Part shown: positions 20,601 through 36,440 of the stretch, in pieces
Position numbering within the stretch: position 1 is the stretch's first letter
How the letters are laid out: each line of letters starts with the position of its first letter
Assembly (NCBI RefSeq): GCF_009914755.1
Contig: NC_060933.1
Length of the DNA: 64,000 nucleotides
Source of the DNA: the human T2T-CHM13v2.0 reference genome, Homo sapiens
Strand: one strand, 5' to 3'
The notes under the pieces: model-generated
The model's input: only the letters and a program-made list of their open reading frames with translations
Told to the model about the DNA's origin: nothing
Database searches by the model: none
Made by a program: the position numbers and the translations under genes

Positions 20601-22404
20601 ACTTATGAGTTTTTAAATAAAATATTTGAATTCATATATAGAGACTATCACATTGATGCTTTTGTGATTCTTGTTCCAGCATATACTATTTTAATTACTG
20701 TAGCTTTTTATTATGCTAATTTTTAAAAAGATCTTTTTCATTGTTTTTCCCTAAAATATTTTAATTTTCCATTTTGCTTTTGTTTGTAATAAATATTAGA
20801 ATAAATAATTTGGTCATGATCCCCCCAAAAACCCAATATGGCAAATATAATTAGAACTATATGAAGCTTGAAACTTTATTTGGAAAAAAAATCACATCTT
20901 TAGAACATACAGTTCTCTCATCCAAGAAATGGCATGTTTCTCCATGAGCTGAGCATTGATGAATGTTTATATTTTTCTAATTTTCTTCCTCGAGACTACA
21001 TATATTTCTTATTTGTATAATCCATATGTATATATTTACTGATACTGTGAATAGAAGATTTTTACTATATTCTCTACTTATAATTAATATTCAGGGAAGC
21101 TCTCTTTTTTGGTATGTATATCTGGTTCTCATCCAGTTTACTGGACTCAGTGCTTCTAATGGATTTTCATGCCTTTGAGTTTTCATCTTACAAGACACAT
21201 TATTATATCTCCTGCCAAAATGAAACTGTGACAATTTTCTCATTTCTATACTCTTTATTTATTTCATATGTTATTGCTCTGGCTAGAAATGAAGAATAAT
21301 ACTCAAGGTGAATGGGAATATTTTGCTTTGTTTCTGATTTTAAAGTGAGGCATGTAGTGGTTCATAATAGGATTGATTATAATTGAAACAGATAAACTTC
21401 AGTATGCTGGACACTTACTACTTTTGTAGAAATTTAAGAATGTGCTGAATTTTATCAAATGCCTTTTCCATATTTATTGCTCTTATCATGCATTTCATAT
21501 TGTGTCATTGTAAAATACCATCTGCCTGTCAAGTATTGTTTTAAAACATTAAATTTGCTAAATATTACCTAGTGTTAGATGTAGGCCAAAAAGGCAGCAA
21601 CAGTGGAGTAGGAAGTTCATGAGTTTTAGAGTAAATCAGGCTTGGGGTTCATTTGGCTTTGCCATTTATTTTAGATCAGTTATTTGACTTCTCAGCGTTT
21701 CACTTTCCTCATCCATAAAATAAAGTTAATAATACCTATCTCAGTAGAATTGTTGTGAAGATTCAAAGACCTAATCTCTTTAAAACACCTACTGCAGTGT
21801 GTAGCATGTATTATTAGTTGTTCAAAAACTAGTTTGAAAGCTAAATTATATGATTGATTTATAGTTCATTTTCTTCTTTGTTAGGTTTTTGCATCAGAGT
21901 GACATTTGGTAAATATTTGGCAAATATTACTCAATGTTTGTCATCTTTTCCAGCTTGTGGGATAGTTTATATAGCATGGTGAATGGCTCCGCCTTCAAAA
22001 ATTCACTACAAGATATATCTAGTATGAAAGATTTTAAAATTTCTTTTTAAAATTTTTGTTTTCCTACACTGGTCTTCTCTGCATAGTATGGAAGATTAAA
22101 AAATAATATTCAACTATTTTTAGTATCATTACTCTGTGACTCACATTTCTAAACATGTATTATTTCCACACCTCACTTGTATGGTGCTTTACTTCCTTAT
22201 ATTCTCTATACGCCAGGACTACTTTGACTTACTGTGAAAATATAAACCTTTCAGCCTATTCAAAGTAACCCAATACAAATTCCACTTTGAAGGTAAACTT
22301 ATTTAGTAGGTACTTTCAGAACTGAGTGTTGTTTCCAATTGCTTTCTTAGCTTAATTTTTTCTGCTACTATTTTTTTTTATTACTCAGATTTGGGGCTGT
22401 ATTT

Positions 22405-22713
22405 TGTTTTCTTTTCTTTTTGAAATAGGGTCTCACTTTGTGTGAAGTGGTGCGATCTGGGCTCACTGCAGCCTCGACCTCCCAGGTTTAAGCAACCCTC
22501 CTGCCTCAGCCTCCCCAAGTAGCTAGAACTACAGGCATGCATGACCATTCCTGGCTAATTTTTGAATTTATTTTATTATTATATTATTTAGTTTTTAGAG
22601 ATGGTGTTTCTCCATGTTGCTCAGGCTGGTCTCGAACTACTGAGCTCAAGCTATCTGCCCACCTCAGCCTTCCAAAGTGCTAGGATTATAGGTGTGAGGC
22701 ATCACACCCGGCT
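22405..22713 (-). mobile_element. Alu (AluJ-like) just beyond the SVEP1 3' end
   Basis: Antisense dimer; TSD ggctgtatttt(t)gtttt. Confidence 0.88.
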
Positions 22714-22769
22714 TTTTTGGCTGTATTTTTGTTTTTATGATTATAAATGACAAAGATCAACAAGGTTTG

Positions 22770-24056
22770 GAAGTTAATGGACTATGAGTAAATTTATTGG
22801 AAAGTAGACTCATAAGCATGTAAGACTGGCCAAGAAAGTGAATGTCAAGAGAAAGAAGGAGGAGTCAATGGCTGAGGGATGCCTACGGTAGTGAAGAGAA
22901 CCACTAGGAGAATCAAGATCTCTTTCATCCTTTCTGCATTCCTCCACAGTGCTACAACACACTCCAAGGCCTGTGTGGGAGCAGTTTTCCCAGAGGATGG
23001 AGGCAAGTTGATTCTGAGTTTCCTATTTTAAAACAAAATCTAGGGTTTGACTTTATTTTCTGAAGTCTGGGGAAGGCTTCATCTTGGTACAATTGTTGTG
23101 ATAGAGGTAGGTGACAGTGAGGACTGAGGGGCAGCTCAGCTTTCTCTTAGGTGGCTGCAATTCTTTTTTGCAGGTGAGACCAGGAGCACAGCTCTGGGGA
23201 ATGTTTCCCATTTGCCTTTTTCCTTCTCTTTCCCTGTCTTCCCCTTCCTCCCAAAATAGTGAGTTGTGGGATTACCAGTCCGGGTATCAGCTCTTTGTTA
23301 ATCTTCCAGTTCTTGCATTTCTTATTCCAGCCACGAGAAAGAAGGCTAGCACTTTCATTGTGAACCAAGGTCATTATGCTGTTTCTCCACATCCATGAAG
23401 TTAATGCCTACGGCTTTTCAAATGTTGTGAAAAGAATTAGCCAGGCTACCCTAAGTACCAGGACATAATTATGTGGTGGAGAGTACCAGGTCCAACAGTT
23501 ACTCTCTGATTGATTAAATGAAAGAAAAAGCTTTTATTATTACACATATTGTATAGAAGATGGAACCAGAACAAAGGGGTCTCCTTTATTGTAAGGGGTC
23601 TCCTATGTGGTGCCAGTGGCACAGATGAAAGATCATGAGTCCTCTCTATGAATCCCTTGGCCACCTCATAAAATGGTACTATCCAGCAAAATATTATTTA
23701 GTAGCAAAATATACTTTAATGGAAAAATCATTTTAAGTAACTGAATAAAAATGTGTACCAGGAACTTTCCCAATAGACAGCAGAATATGTACATTTTGTG
23801 AGGGTAGAGCAGCATCTATTTAATATAATTTTTATATAGAAAATACAGGCATATTTAAAAATGGAAACATGTAAGAAAGTATGTCACAAGGAATAACAAA
23901 ATATATCACAAAATAAAAAAAGTAACCCCAAGTAACAAGTTTACTAAACAAGACCCAGCACCATGTTGGACTTTCTTTGCATAAGTTCCAGGATGCCCAG
24001 GCACTACCGAGGAGAGATGATCCTGCTTTTGGGAGAGCCAGATGGTCGTGCAGTGG
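22770..24056 (-). other. SVEP1: SVEP1 3' UTR (3' end approximate)
   Basis: Repeat-free, AU-rich sequence after the stop codon, ending near the last AATAAA (22793-22798) before an Alu. Confidence 0.75.
22793..22798 (-). terminator. Distal poly(A) signal AATAAA of SVEP1
   Basis: tttatt on + strand; other candidates are AATAAA at 23052, 23533, 23585 and ATTAAA at 23715, 23819. Confidence 0.65.
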
Positions 24057-24078
24057 TTAAAACCCAGTCCTCCTTTTC
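24057..24078 (-). CDS. SVEP1: SVEP1 terminal exon 48, coding part (22 bp: RKRRTGF*)
   Basis: Acceptor T14-ccag|G AAA AGG AGG ACT GGG TTT TAA; phase 2 matches exon 47 and gives the recognised SVEP1 C-terminus. Confidence 0.93.
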
Positions 24079-24678
24079 CTGGAAAAAAAAAAAAAAGCAA
24101 CCAAATAGATTCAAAAGAAAAAATTGAACTGAAGAGCTAACATCTCTTTAGGAGTTGATGAAAACAGGATTGAAAGTCCCAGATACCTGGGCATTATCTG
24201 TGATGTTTATACGGATGGGGGTCATTCTTTGAGATAACTAAGAGGCATGGGAAACAAGTGCTAACTTATGGAAAGATCTGAGAAGCATCAGACCTGAGTT
24301 TTACTCTTGATTCTGCCACTAGTTTTCTATCTATCTTACAATTCTCTCTTCTGTAAAATGAGGGGTTTGGAGCTAATGAACCTAAAGGTCTCTTAGTCCA
24401 TTAACAATCTATGGTTTTTCATTATGATATTTGCTTAGGATCAGTTTTCTGAAGATGTGCACAGAGGTCAGAGGAAACACAATTTCCTTCTGAACAACTG
24501 AATTATCTGGAGAAAAGGCCAGGTCAGTCTTATTTATCAGTAGAGAAGGTAAACATTGAGGGATTTAATGGATGCCACAAGGCATTTCTCTACCAACTGA
24601 CATTCATGCCAGGAAATTGCTCCATCTGTTAACAAACCTTTATTGAGCAGCGACTTTTGTGCCTGTACAAGGCACTAG

Positions 24679-24986
<308 letters not shown>

Positions 24987-25261
24987 GCATACAAACTTTA
25001 AGGCATTCAGTCTCGTAGGAGAGAAGGAAAAACTTATACGGTAACATTTATTGTTTATTTCTCAGACAAGCACTCTTCCCCCTCCCACTTTCTTTTCTTC
25101 TGGGAATTGCCAGACTCTCCTCCCTTTTACCCAGTTTTTTGCCAAAATTACCCTTTATGTTGGTACAACATAATCCAACCTAGGACATTGATTCATGCTT
25201 GGCCATTGAATCAATCTGGACCAATCAGAGTCCTGGATTTTTAAACTGGGACAGTGTACTA

Positions 25262-25605
<344 letters not shown>

Positions 25606-27108
25606 AGAAATTCTGTCCTTCCCTTCCACATGAACTAAACAGAAGAAAACCACTCTGTAGCTAGACAGGATGGAGGAGACCCTGGAAGAGGTGGTGACAT
25701 GGGAGGTGGAGAGGTACACGTGGCTTTCAAGTCCCCAGTCTGGTCCTCCTGATGCTCAACCACTCCTCTGTCCTTGGGTTCCATACAAGGTCCCTCTATT
25801 GTGATAATAAATTCTCTTCTTTGCTTAAACTAGTTAGAGTTTTAGCAAGAATTACAGTATATACAGGAGGAGGAACCTGTCTGGTCCTCTGGGTTGCTAG
25901 TTAGCCTTCCCTTGAAGGTGAGCTACACCTCTCAGCTTAATTTGCCATTATTTTTCTTGGATGCCTATATCAAACTTTTGCGTAAAAAATCTAGATCTTG
26001 TTTTCCTGATTAATGTACAGTATTTTAATACATGCTAATAATTATCCTTTCCTCAATCAAGAAAGAACTCCTATCGACAGTTTTTAAATCATGCAAACTC
26101 TCTCTGGGCTTTTCTTTATCTGAAAAATGAAGAGGTTGAAATATAAAATCTAATATTATAAAAAAGTACTAAATACTTCTTTTTTGAGTCACTGTTTTTT
26201 CTCTTTTATTTCCTCTCTTTTGGCTCTCATTTTCTTAAATTCAGCTCTGCTCTCAGGTAAAGGTATAATCTTGGCAGCTTCTAAATATATTTGTCCATTT
26301 CAAATTTGCTGTTTAGGGTTCAGTTTATTTTTTCTCCTTTTGCAGAGATGGCATATACTTGAGATGATGTGAGGAAATTCACTGGCATTAGACAGATTTT
26401 TTTGTTGTTGTTAGGTTTTACTTTAATTGCTTTTTTATATTTGCAAGTTGACTTTGACATTCCAATCAAAATAACAAATCAGGAAATGAAAAATAAAAGT
26501 TTTCAGTTAACTGAATTTTTCCCACTTTAAAAAATGAATATGGAAATACCCATTTGTTTTTAATGAGTCCTATATGGTAGGGGTAAGTGTACATAATACA
26601 AATCTAAGTGCAGTGATATATATTGAAAGTCTTAAAATATAGCTGATAATATTTCAACATTGCAACATTGGTGAGGACAATGTTTGAATATTGAAAATAT
26701 TTTATCTGTGGTATGTCACAATATGGCTGATATTTTCCTGATGTTTAAAAAGTTATAAATGATCTTTTAAGTATTTTCCCTTTGACTTGTGATAGTATTT
26801 TTAAACTGTGATATTTATCTGGTCAGAAATAAGAAACCGATGAAAAAACATATTTTTACATAATCTTTTTGTAGTCAATGAAATGCTACGCATAGAAACA
26901 CTAAAATACAAAATATATTACTTTAAAATAAACGTTTCTTATCAATTCAATACTATTTTTATTGTAATGAAGAACTTAAACATCTATTGGGTCATTTTCA
27001 ATAAAATTACATTGAGTTTATTTATTTTACATCCTTGCATCTGTAGGATGCAATCTTCTGTTCAAGAAGTTTATTTATTTATTTATATAACCGATTTTTT
27101 TTAATTGC

Positions 27109-27216
27109 AAAAACTGTGGAATGCTTCACAAATTTGTGTGTCATCCTCTAGCATGGGTCATACTAATCCTCTCTGTGAAGTTCCAGTTTTAGTATATGTG
27201 CTGCTGAAGTGAGCAC
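27109..27216 (-). pseudogene. U6 snRNA retropseudogene in SVEP1 intron 47
   Basis: Reverse complement GTGCTCACTTCAGCAGCACATATACTAAAACTGGAACTTCACAGAGAGGATTAGTATGACCCATGCTAGAGGATGACACACAAATTTGTGAAGCATTCCACAGTTTTT aligns full length to U6 with CpG decay; A-rich tail follows; no U6 promoter recognised. Confidence 0.93.
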
Positions 27217-27440
27217 AAGACTGCTTATTTTTGAGATATTCTTGTTTTGTCAATCCTGAACTAATATTTCTTAGCTTTGGCTTTAATTCAAATTTAGAGA
27301 GCCTGTCTCAAAATGGATGTTTTCACATACAAAATACTTACAGTCAAACTAGACAGAGATAACTTCTGGCTCTTAGGACAATTTACTTGAATTTTAGAGT
27401 CTTCATGTTATAGGCGAACATTAGTTTTTGGTTATCTTAC

Positions 27441-27534
27441 CTGGAACAGTTATGTCCCGTCCAAGAAGAAAGACAGTGACATCGGTTTGGTCTTACACAT
27501 TTTCCACCATTTAAGCAGGGAGACTGGCAAACAG
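27441..27534 (-). CDS. SVEP1: SVEP1 exon 47 (94 bp, EGF-like domain)
   Basis: Acceptor attccag|, donor CAG|gtaaga; (A)[30 protein letters not shown]; phase 1 to 2. Confidence 0.95.
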
Positions 27535-28979
27535 CTGGAATAAAAAACCCATGCATTTATTTAATTAATACTTAGCAATTCTGATGATATCCATAAAGGC
27601 ACGTAGGATAAGATTTGACTCTACTTCCTGCAGCAGCCACTGCTGGTCTTCATATACCGTTAGCATTATCCATTTCTGCTGTTCTGCTTGACTTCACATC
27701 CTTATGTGGTACCACCTCCCTTTTTCCTTCCAAGCTGGTCAATTTTCACATTTAAGTCCCAGATTAAGTTCTACCTACTTATTGAAGCCTTTGCTGATCA
27801 CTCCAAGTCCACTGATTTTCCTCTTCTCTAATCTCTTTTAATTTATGCAACCAATCTGACACTTTGAATGTTTTGAACTATAAATTTTTTTGTGTTCAAT
27901 TAGATTGTACATTTCTTTCCACTGACTTGAAGCTCAAGATTGTAAATTCCTCGAGGGAGTTAGCATTGAACTCTATGATTGATTGGGTGATTAAGTCAGA
28001 CGTCAACTTTTATGATAATAAATTAGGCACATGGATTGTCTAAAATAACAGATGATTCAACATCCCTTTGTGTTTGGAGAGGAGACATATTTCACGGCTT
28101 TTGTCAGCTTTAACTAGAATTACAGAAACTGGTTAGTCACAGATAAAACCCTGAGAGGACACTGAAAGATTTACTATCTAGGTGTTTTTCTCACAAATCC
28201 ATAATCTCATAACCAAACTCTTCATCTGCATAAATGTATTTGTTAAAAAACCTGAAGATGCTGGTATTTGGTCTAGATGAATTTTTAGCAAGTGTAACAT
28301 ATCAAAGAGAAAGGAGAACTCCCTGTAGGAAGGAAATAAAATGTCTGTTGGGAGAAAGCTGGAAGTAAGAACCATTCCAATATCTGTAGCACAGAAAGGC
28401 AGGCTCTTTCCTGGATGAAAAACTTATAATTCACCATTGTACGTATATAATATACATATTTTTGGTGAATTATAAGTAAATGTCCTTTCTTCAGTCATTC
28501 ATTCATAAAATATGGAGAAAATGTCTGCTAAGCAAGTAGTAGGCACTTGATAAGCACTGGTCCTTGTCCAGAGAGAACAAGAGAAGACAAGTAAAATACG
28601 TCTTTCCCCTTAGGGAGCTCTCTTGGTAAGTTAAGAGTAAGAGCTGGCCAGCAGAATACACTTATTAGCAATCTAATGGGAAAGAAAATTATGAAACAAA
28701 TCAGGATTAAAACAAGCAAAAATAAAACTCAATAATTGAAAACCAACTCCCCATAGTTTCTGCTTGCTGATATAAGAACACGTTACTCCTTTTCAGGACT
28801 ATGCTGAATTAGCAGTGCCTGACTGCACTAACAAACTAGTCATTACATTTACTTCCTTGTCTAAAAGCTTAAGCCTCCTTCCCTATCACGTCGGTGGTCC
28901 CAGTATTCCACTCAGGGCCACCTTTTCATGTTGCGTGTCTTCTGCAGTGTTATTTTTTCCTCCCGTGAGTATTTTTCAA

Positions 28980-29960
28980 TGATGACTTATAAATCTCTAT
29001 CTTCATCTAAATGCATTTTCTGGGAACCTAAACTATCATCCAACTGCTTATCACTTCCCTTGTATGTTTCTGCTTATCACTCCCCTTGTATGTTTCACAG
29101 TCCTCTCAGACTCAGCGTGTCCATACTTAACTCCTTATCTCTACTCTCAAGCTTGCTTCTCCTGGCTTCTCTATCTCAGTAAATGGCAACACCTTCCACT
29201 CCAGTGCCCAAGCTGGAAACAGCTTTTAGTCTTCCAAGTAGTATTTGGCTCCTCACAATAGATCTGTAACCAAGTAGCGTTGATTCTTACTCTTTAACTG
29301 TCTCTCAAATCTGCTCTTTTGTGGTTGTTTCTCCAGACTTCACTAATTCTTGCCAATTCTGCTTTTACAATCCCGCAATGAATCTCTCTATTGTAAGTCT
29401 TGCTTTCTTCCACTTTTCATACTGCTGCCAAAATCAGTTTTCTAAAAGAAAATCCGATCACATGATTTTCCTGCTTAAGATCCTTCAGTGGCTTCTGTTG
29501 CTCTCAACACATAATTTAGCATCTTGCACTTCGCATGTGATGTGTTTCCTGATCGGATGCTGCCCATCTTTAGAGCTTCATTCCAGCCACTCCCCTGCAT
29601 TTCCTCTATGGCTTTGGTTATCCTTTGCTGAACACACCTGTATATTTTGTGGTCCATGCCTTTAGCTGCAATGATTTTCTTCTGGGGACTCCTTTTGTTT
29701 CTCCTCAGATTCTATGCTTCAGTAGCTTTTTCTGAACTTCAACATTTGGTTAGTTTACCCATTTCACTGTTGTCATAGCCCCTCTTATAGATTTTGATTA
29801 GCCTCTATCTTAACACGTCCTAGTTATCTATTTATAGGCCATTCCACATCCCTTCCCCTTTCCTAGATTGAAATTCTGGAGGGCAGGAGCCCCTGTTTTA
29901 TATGGTTGTGGTATGCTTAGTACTTAGGGGTGTAACTATGCTGAGGTAGCTGCTGTAAGA
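28980..29960. mobile_element. L2 LINE fragments
   Basis: Pyrimidine-rich with L2-like motifs (tttctaaaagaaaatccgatcacatg, cctgcttaagatccttcagtggctt, ctagattgaaattctggagggcagg). Confidence 0.6.
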
Positions 29961-31504
29961 TTTGGCAGAACGAAGGCTATAGAGTTCAGTGTCATTAGGA
30001 GCATATTCTTATTAGAGAGCTAAGGTGTTAAAAGAAATGCAAATAAATCAGATCTATTTATTAGCTTTAAACTGCATGATTCTAACTAGTTGTGTAACGT
30101 TTATAGAAATGGAATGTTAGAAAGTAGATTATTGTGATATTGAACAAGTTTAGAGATCAGAGGAAACTTAGGCAGGACTTGGGGGTTGAGTGAGGCTAGA
30201 ATAGGTGGAGGAAAGAGGAAGATCATTGCAAATGTAAGGAGATTGGGGAGGAGAAGAGGCTGCTTGCAAGGGTAGTGAGAAAACCGTCACTGCAGGGCAC
30301 AGTGTGTGATGGTAGGATAACAAGTGAGTTGTGCTTCAGCTGTGCTGAAGCTGGCTTATGCAGCACCTTGGAAGTCAGAAGAATTCAGGGTGGATGTGGA
30401 GACTAAAATAGAGAACCATTTTAGCCTCTTAAACATGGCAAAGACATGCCAAAGTAGTACATTGATGATGTTCAGTCTGGAGGGACATGGAGACAAGAAG
30501 GTCAACTAGGCCATGATCCAGAGTCTTTTACTGACTGGTGACAGTGGTGTGGAGTAGAATGTGAGAGATGCTGAGCAGGAAGGAACAAAAATAATGATGG
30601 TGCTGTAACCTCAGATGAAAGGGAGGGTGAGTCAAGAGTAATTCATTTATTACCTGCACCAGTAAGGTACCTGGAAAAAAGCAGAGCTTGTTTATAGATG
30701 AGCAGGAGAAACGTGGGTAAATAGCAAAGTTGATTTGTTATAAACAAACACTATATAGACTGCTTTCAGAGTCTCAAATAAGGCCTTCAAATTCAGCCTC
30801 CAGGACATATTTCCTTCTCTACATTCATGAATGGCTCAATTTTGGCTTTAGGTAGGGTGACGACTGCACATCTGCTTTTGTCTGTAACAGTACTTTTCAG
30901 TCTCATTTCTCTGGTTTACTTATTAATAGTGCCTCTTTTACTCTCAAAAATGTCCTGGTTTGGAAGCTAAATTATATGGTCTTTCCAGCCTTAGGGTTCA
31001 TGACAAGCTCTGGTGTTAGGAAGCCCTGTCTATACTTTACATGCCATTTATGTTTTACTCCACTGAGGAGGTGGTATAAACATTGTTTATAGGAGGAATA
31101 GTGGTATGTCAGAATTAATACTTCATAAATATAGCAAGCCCTATGTTTTAAGTGGTGGCTTAAAATTTTAGGACACTAGAAGGTAGTTTATCATTTTAAA
31201 TTGAGTTATTTGACATTTACTAAAAATATCTACTATATTTCGGCACTATGCTAAGCACTGGGGATATAAAGATGATAAAAAAAAAATCCTTGCCCTCAAG
31301 TGGCGTATAATCTAGTGGGGGAAGGGATAGATAATCAAGCAATTGAACAGATGTCAAAGTATAGTGGGCCAAATGCTGTATTTGAGGTCTGCAAGAGGTG
31401 CTAACAGGATGTTTTTTACTAATCAATCAACTACCATTTGTTACTGTTGTCCATGATAAGAAACCATCTCTTTGATGAGTTTTGTAATATTTTTCCATTT
31501 CTTT

Positions 31505-32475
<971 letters not shown>

Positions 32476-32787
32476 TGTTTTTTTTTTCATTTTAACTTAA
32501 ATTGTATTTATGTATAACCTTGTTCTTTCTAAAGAGTAAGCATGAATTTAGTAATTTAGCTTCTTAGAGATTAAAATAAGTATTATTCTGAACCTCTGTG
32601 TAATGTCTTCTCTATGCTCTGCAAAATGAAGCAGATGACATAAAGAAGACAGATAATTGAGTAGACTTAGATGCTATTCTTCGGCACATGACCTGGAAAC
32701 GTGTTTAGGCAACCATAAAATTCAGTGTTGAGACACGAATCAAGGGATCATCTTGAGGAATTTTTGAGAAACATCAGTACTTTTTCA

Positions 32788-33051
<264 letters not shown>

Positions 33052-34788
33052 TTAGATAGGTTCAAGGGTTCAGAAAACATTTTGCAGGAGTGAAACCTTA
33101 TATGACTCACTAAATAAGTTTCCTGCATGTGTTCTGCTTATTAATGAGTATCATTGGGAAAATACAATCAGGAAAGTAAGCCTGGATTCTTAGCCACATG
33201 TAATGACTTTAAGGCCAAATCCACTTTCAGTGAAGACACTCCGTAATCAGTGTCTGCAAAGTGCTTTGCTTTAACTCTTCACAAAATAAGCAGAACGGTC
33301 TCCATTTATTATAGTTTCAAATTTCCATTACAAATTACATAAAATGTTCTAAGAGGATTTGGCTGCCTTGAGGCTCTTCCTGTCTTGAACTAAATGTGAG
33401 AATGGGAATCAGATAGGCTGTAACATAGGGTTGGAGTTTGCAACATTTTGGTAGCAATGGGACAACACACCCTTTATTTCCGAGAAGCTGAGGACTGACG
33501 GTGACTGAATGATGCCTCCCGAACCCTGTTCATGACTATCATTCCTCCTCCTAGAAATCACTGAAATCTTTAAAGAGGCATAGTCTGTTTAAAAGATGTG
33601 AGTTTGTTGCTTTGCTCCCCAAAATCAAGTTCCCTAACCCCAATAGTCTTTGCATCACCTAGGAGTTGGTTAGCAATGCAGATATCAGGTACCAACTCAG
33701 ATCTGCTGATCTCCCAGATGATCTGTATGCATAGCAAAGCTTGGGAAGCACTGGTATAATGAAGGAGGGCAGGCACATGCTCAGTGAGCCAGACCAGCTA
33801 AGGCAGCCAAGCCAGACCTGTCGTGGGGTACCCCAAAGTCAATGCTTACTAAGTCTTTGGACTCTTGACATAAGGGCAGGCTAAGTCTGGGAGCTCTAGG
33901 TGAAATGGAATGATTGGGGTGAGCTGGAAGAGAAAAGTGTGATTTCTCTTCTTTTTTAATCATTTGAGAATACTTGTTTTGGTGAGTTGTTAGCAGCCTA
34001 AATTTATTTCCATCATACATTTTCCTTTATAGATTAGTTGAAAAAGTCACACTTAAAACATTTTAGTCTCTTATAAAATTCCTGCCCTGTAGGAAAAACT
34101 GGTATAGACCAATGGCCATCACATGAATCACTCTTAATGGTTTACATACACTGCTCCTGTTGAAATATGAAACCATTTTATCCTTATATATATTTTAAGA
34201 TATTGAAATAAAGTGTAGTTGAGATATTTAAAAATTTAACATCACTATCCATACCTCCCTGGAATTTCAAATTGTTTCTATAAGGATCAAAATTCTATAT
34301 TAATTTACCAAGTATGGATATAGGAGTGCCAGCTTTTCTTATTTTCTTAATGAGTAGAAACTATTCTTAACAACAAAGAGGAAATGGTGAGCTGCAAATA
34401 TTACCTGCAAAGTACATGTTTTGCAGTGGTGCACGTTTATACCAACTGCAGCAATGACTGACATAGCACATAGTAGACCTTGAGTTAAGGGAAGAGGATA
34501 GCTTGGAGACTTTACAACAAGCTCCTTCTCAAGAAGACTTTTGCAAATTTGTGCCAGGGAACATGTGAAAATGACTTTAGATGGATCTTAATAACAGTAT
34601 TTTCAAAGTCATTAATATTCTAGATCTTCTGCAACCTGTTGACACATATGTGCTCTGTTTGGTGTGGACAAGGACTTACAGCAAATGAATTCTTCCCAAC
34701 AGTACAACCATTTCCTGGTAACTCCCCTCAGGTGGGAGCATCCAGGCAATTTGTCAGGACTCAAAGTAAGATCTGAAGAGCAACTCAC

Positions 34789-34884
34789 GTTCTTCACAGA
34801 GGCGCCCCATCCAGCCCTCTGGACAGGAACAAGCATTTGGGCGTTGGCAGATGCCCCCATTCTGACATGGAAATCGACAGACAG
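34789..34884 (-). CDS. SVEP1: SVEP1 exon 45 (96 bp, EGF-like domain)
   Basis: Acceptor ttttccag|, donor AAC|gtgagt; (A)[31 protein letters not shown], six-Cys EGF pattern; phase 1-1. Confidence 0.95.
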
Positions 34885-35074
34885 CTGGAAAAGAAGCAGG
34901 ATGGGTCACAAATGTAGGGAATTATGAAGGGAAGGAGTCAGAAAATAGAATTGCCCCTTTATATCTCATACTATTTCCTTGAGTCAAGCTTTCAGGAAGA
35001 GAGACAAAAATCGAATCTCAGGAGGGAATTTCAGTATGTGGAGAAGTACAGCATTTTATTGGCTGCTATTATTT

Positions 35075-35720
35075 CAGTTTTCCCTGTAGCTTTATTGAGG
35101 TGCAACAAATAAAAATTGTATATATTTTTTACAACCTGATGTTTTGATTTATGTATAGATTGTGAAATAATCACCACAATGGAGCTAATTAGCACATTCA
35201 TCCCCTCACATAGTTATTGTTTTCTTTCTTTCTTTTTTGTGGTGAGAACACAAGATCTATCCTTTCAGCAAATTTTCAGTATACAATACAGTATTGTTAA
35301 CTACAGTCACATTGCTGGACATTAGAACTCCAGAACTTATTCATCTTGCATAACTGAAACTTTGATACCTTGAGCAACATCTCCCTATCCTCACCCCCTC
35401 CCAGCTCCTGGGAACCACCATCTACTCTCTGCTTCTATGAGTTTGACTGTTTTGGATTCCACCTATCAGCAAAGTCAGGCAGTATATGTCATTCTGTGTC
35501 TGGCTTATTTCATGTAGCATGATGTCCTCCAGGTTAGTCCATGTTGTTGTAAATGGCAGGATTTTCTTCTTTTGCAAAGCTGAATAATATTTCATTGTAT
35601 CTGCCTATTTTTATCTGCATGTCTATCTAATCTATCTTCTTAATCATCATCATCATCATCTATCAACATACATTTTTTTATCCATTTATCTGTCAACAGA
35701 CATTTATGTTGTTCAATATC
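35075..35720 (-). mobile_element. L1MA-type 3' end
   Basis: ctttattgagg...ctctgcttctatgagtttgactgttttggattccac...aatggcaggattttcttcttt. Confidence 0.8.
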
Positions 35721-35956
35721 ACACACACAACACTCATTCTGACTTTAGACTTTAAGTGAAGTCTGGGATATTCCTTTAAGATGTCCCCCCTCAAAAGGCT
35801 CTACATTCTCTTACATCCCATGTATTGGTGATCTCACTTCTCATTGTTGCTGCCAGACAATGAGTCCTCTTTCTCTTGCAATAGCCCCTGTTTCTTTTGA
35901 GGCTCATGCCATTCATCCATTGACTTCCTCAATCTTCCCTGCTTCACCAGTTATTA

Positions 35957-36440
<484 letters not shown>

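Noticed and set aside
27109-27216. Functional U6 gene
   Set aside because: Many substitutions including CpG decay, an A-rich tail and no recognisable PSE/TATA promoter.
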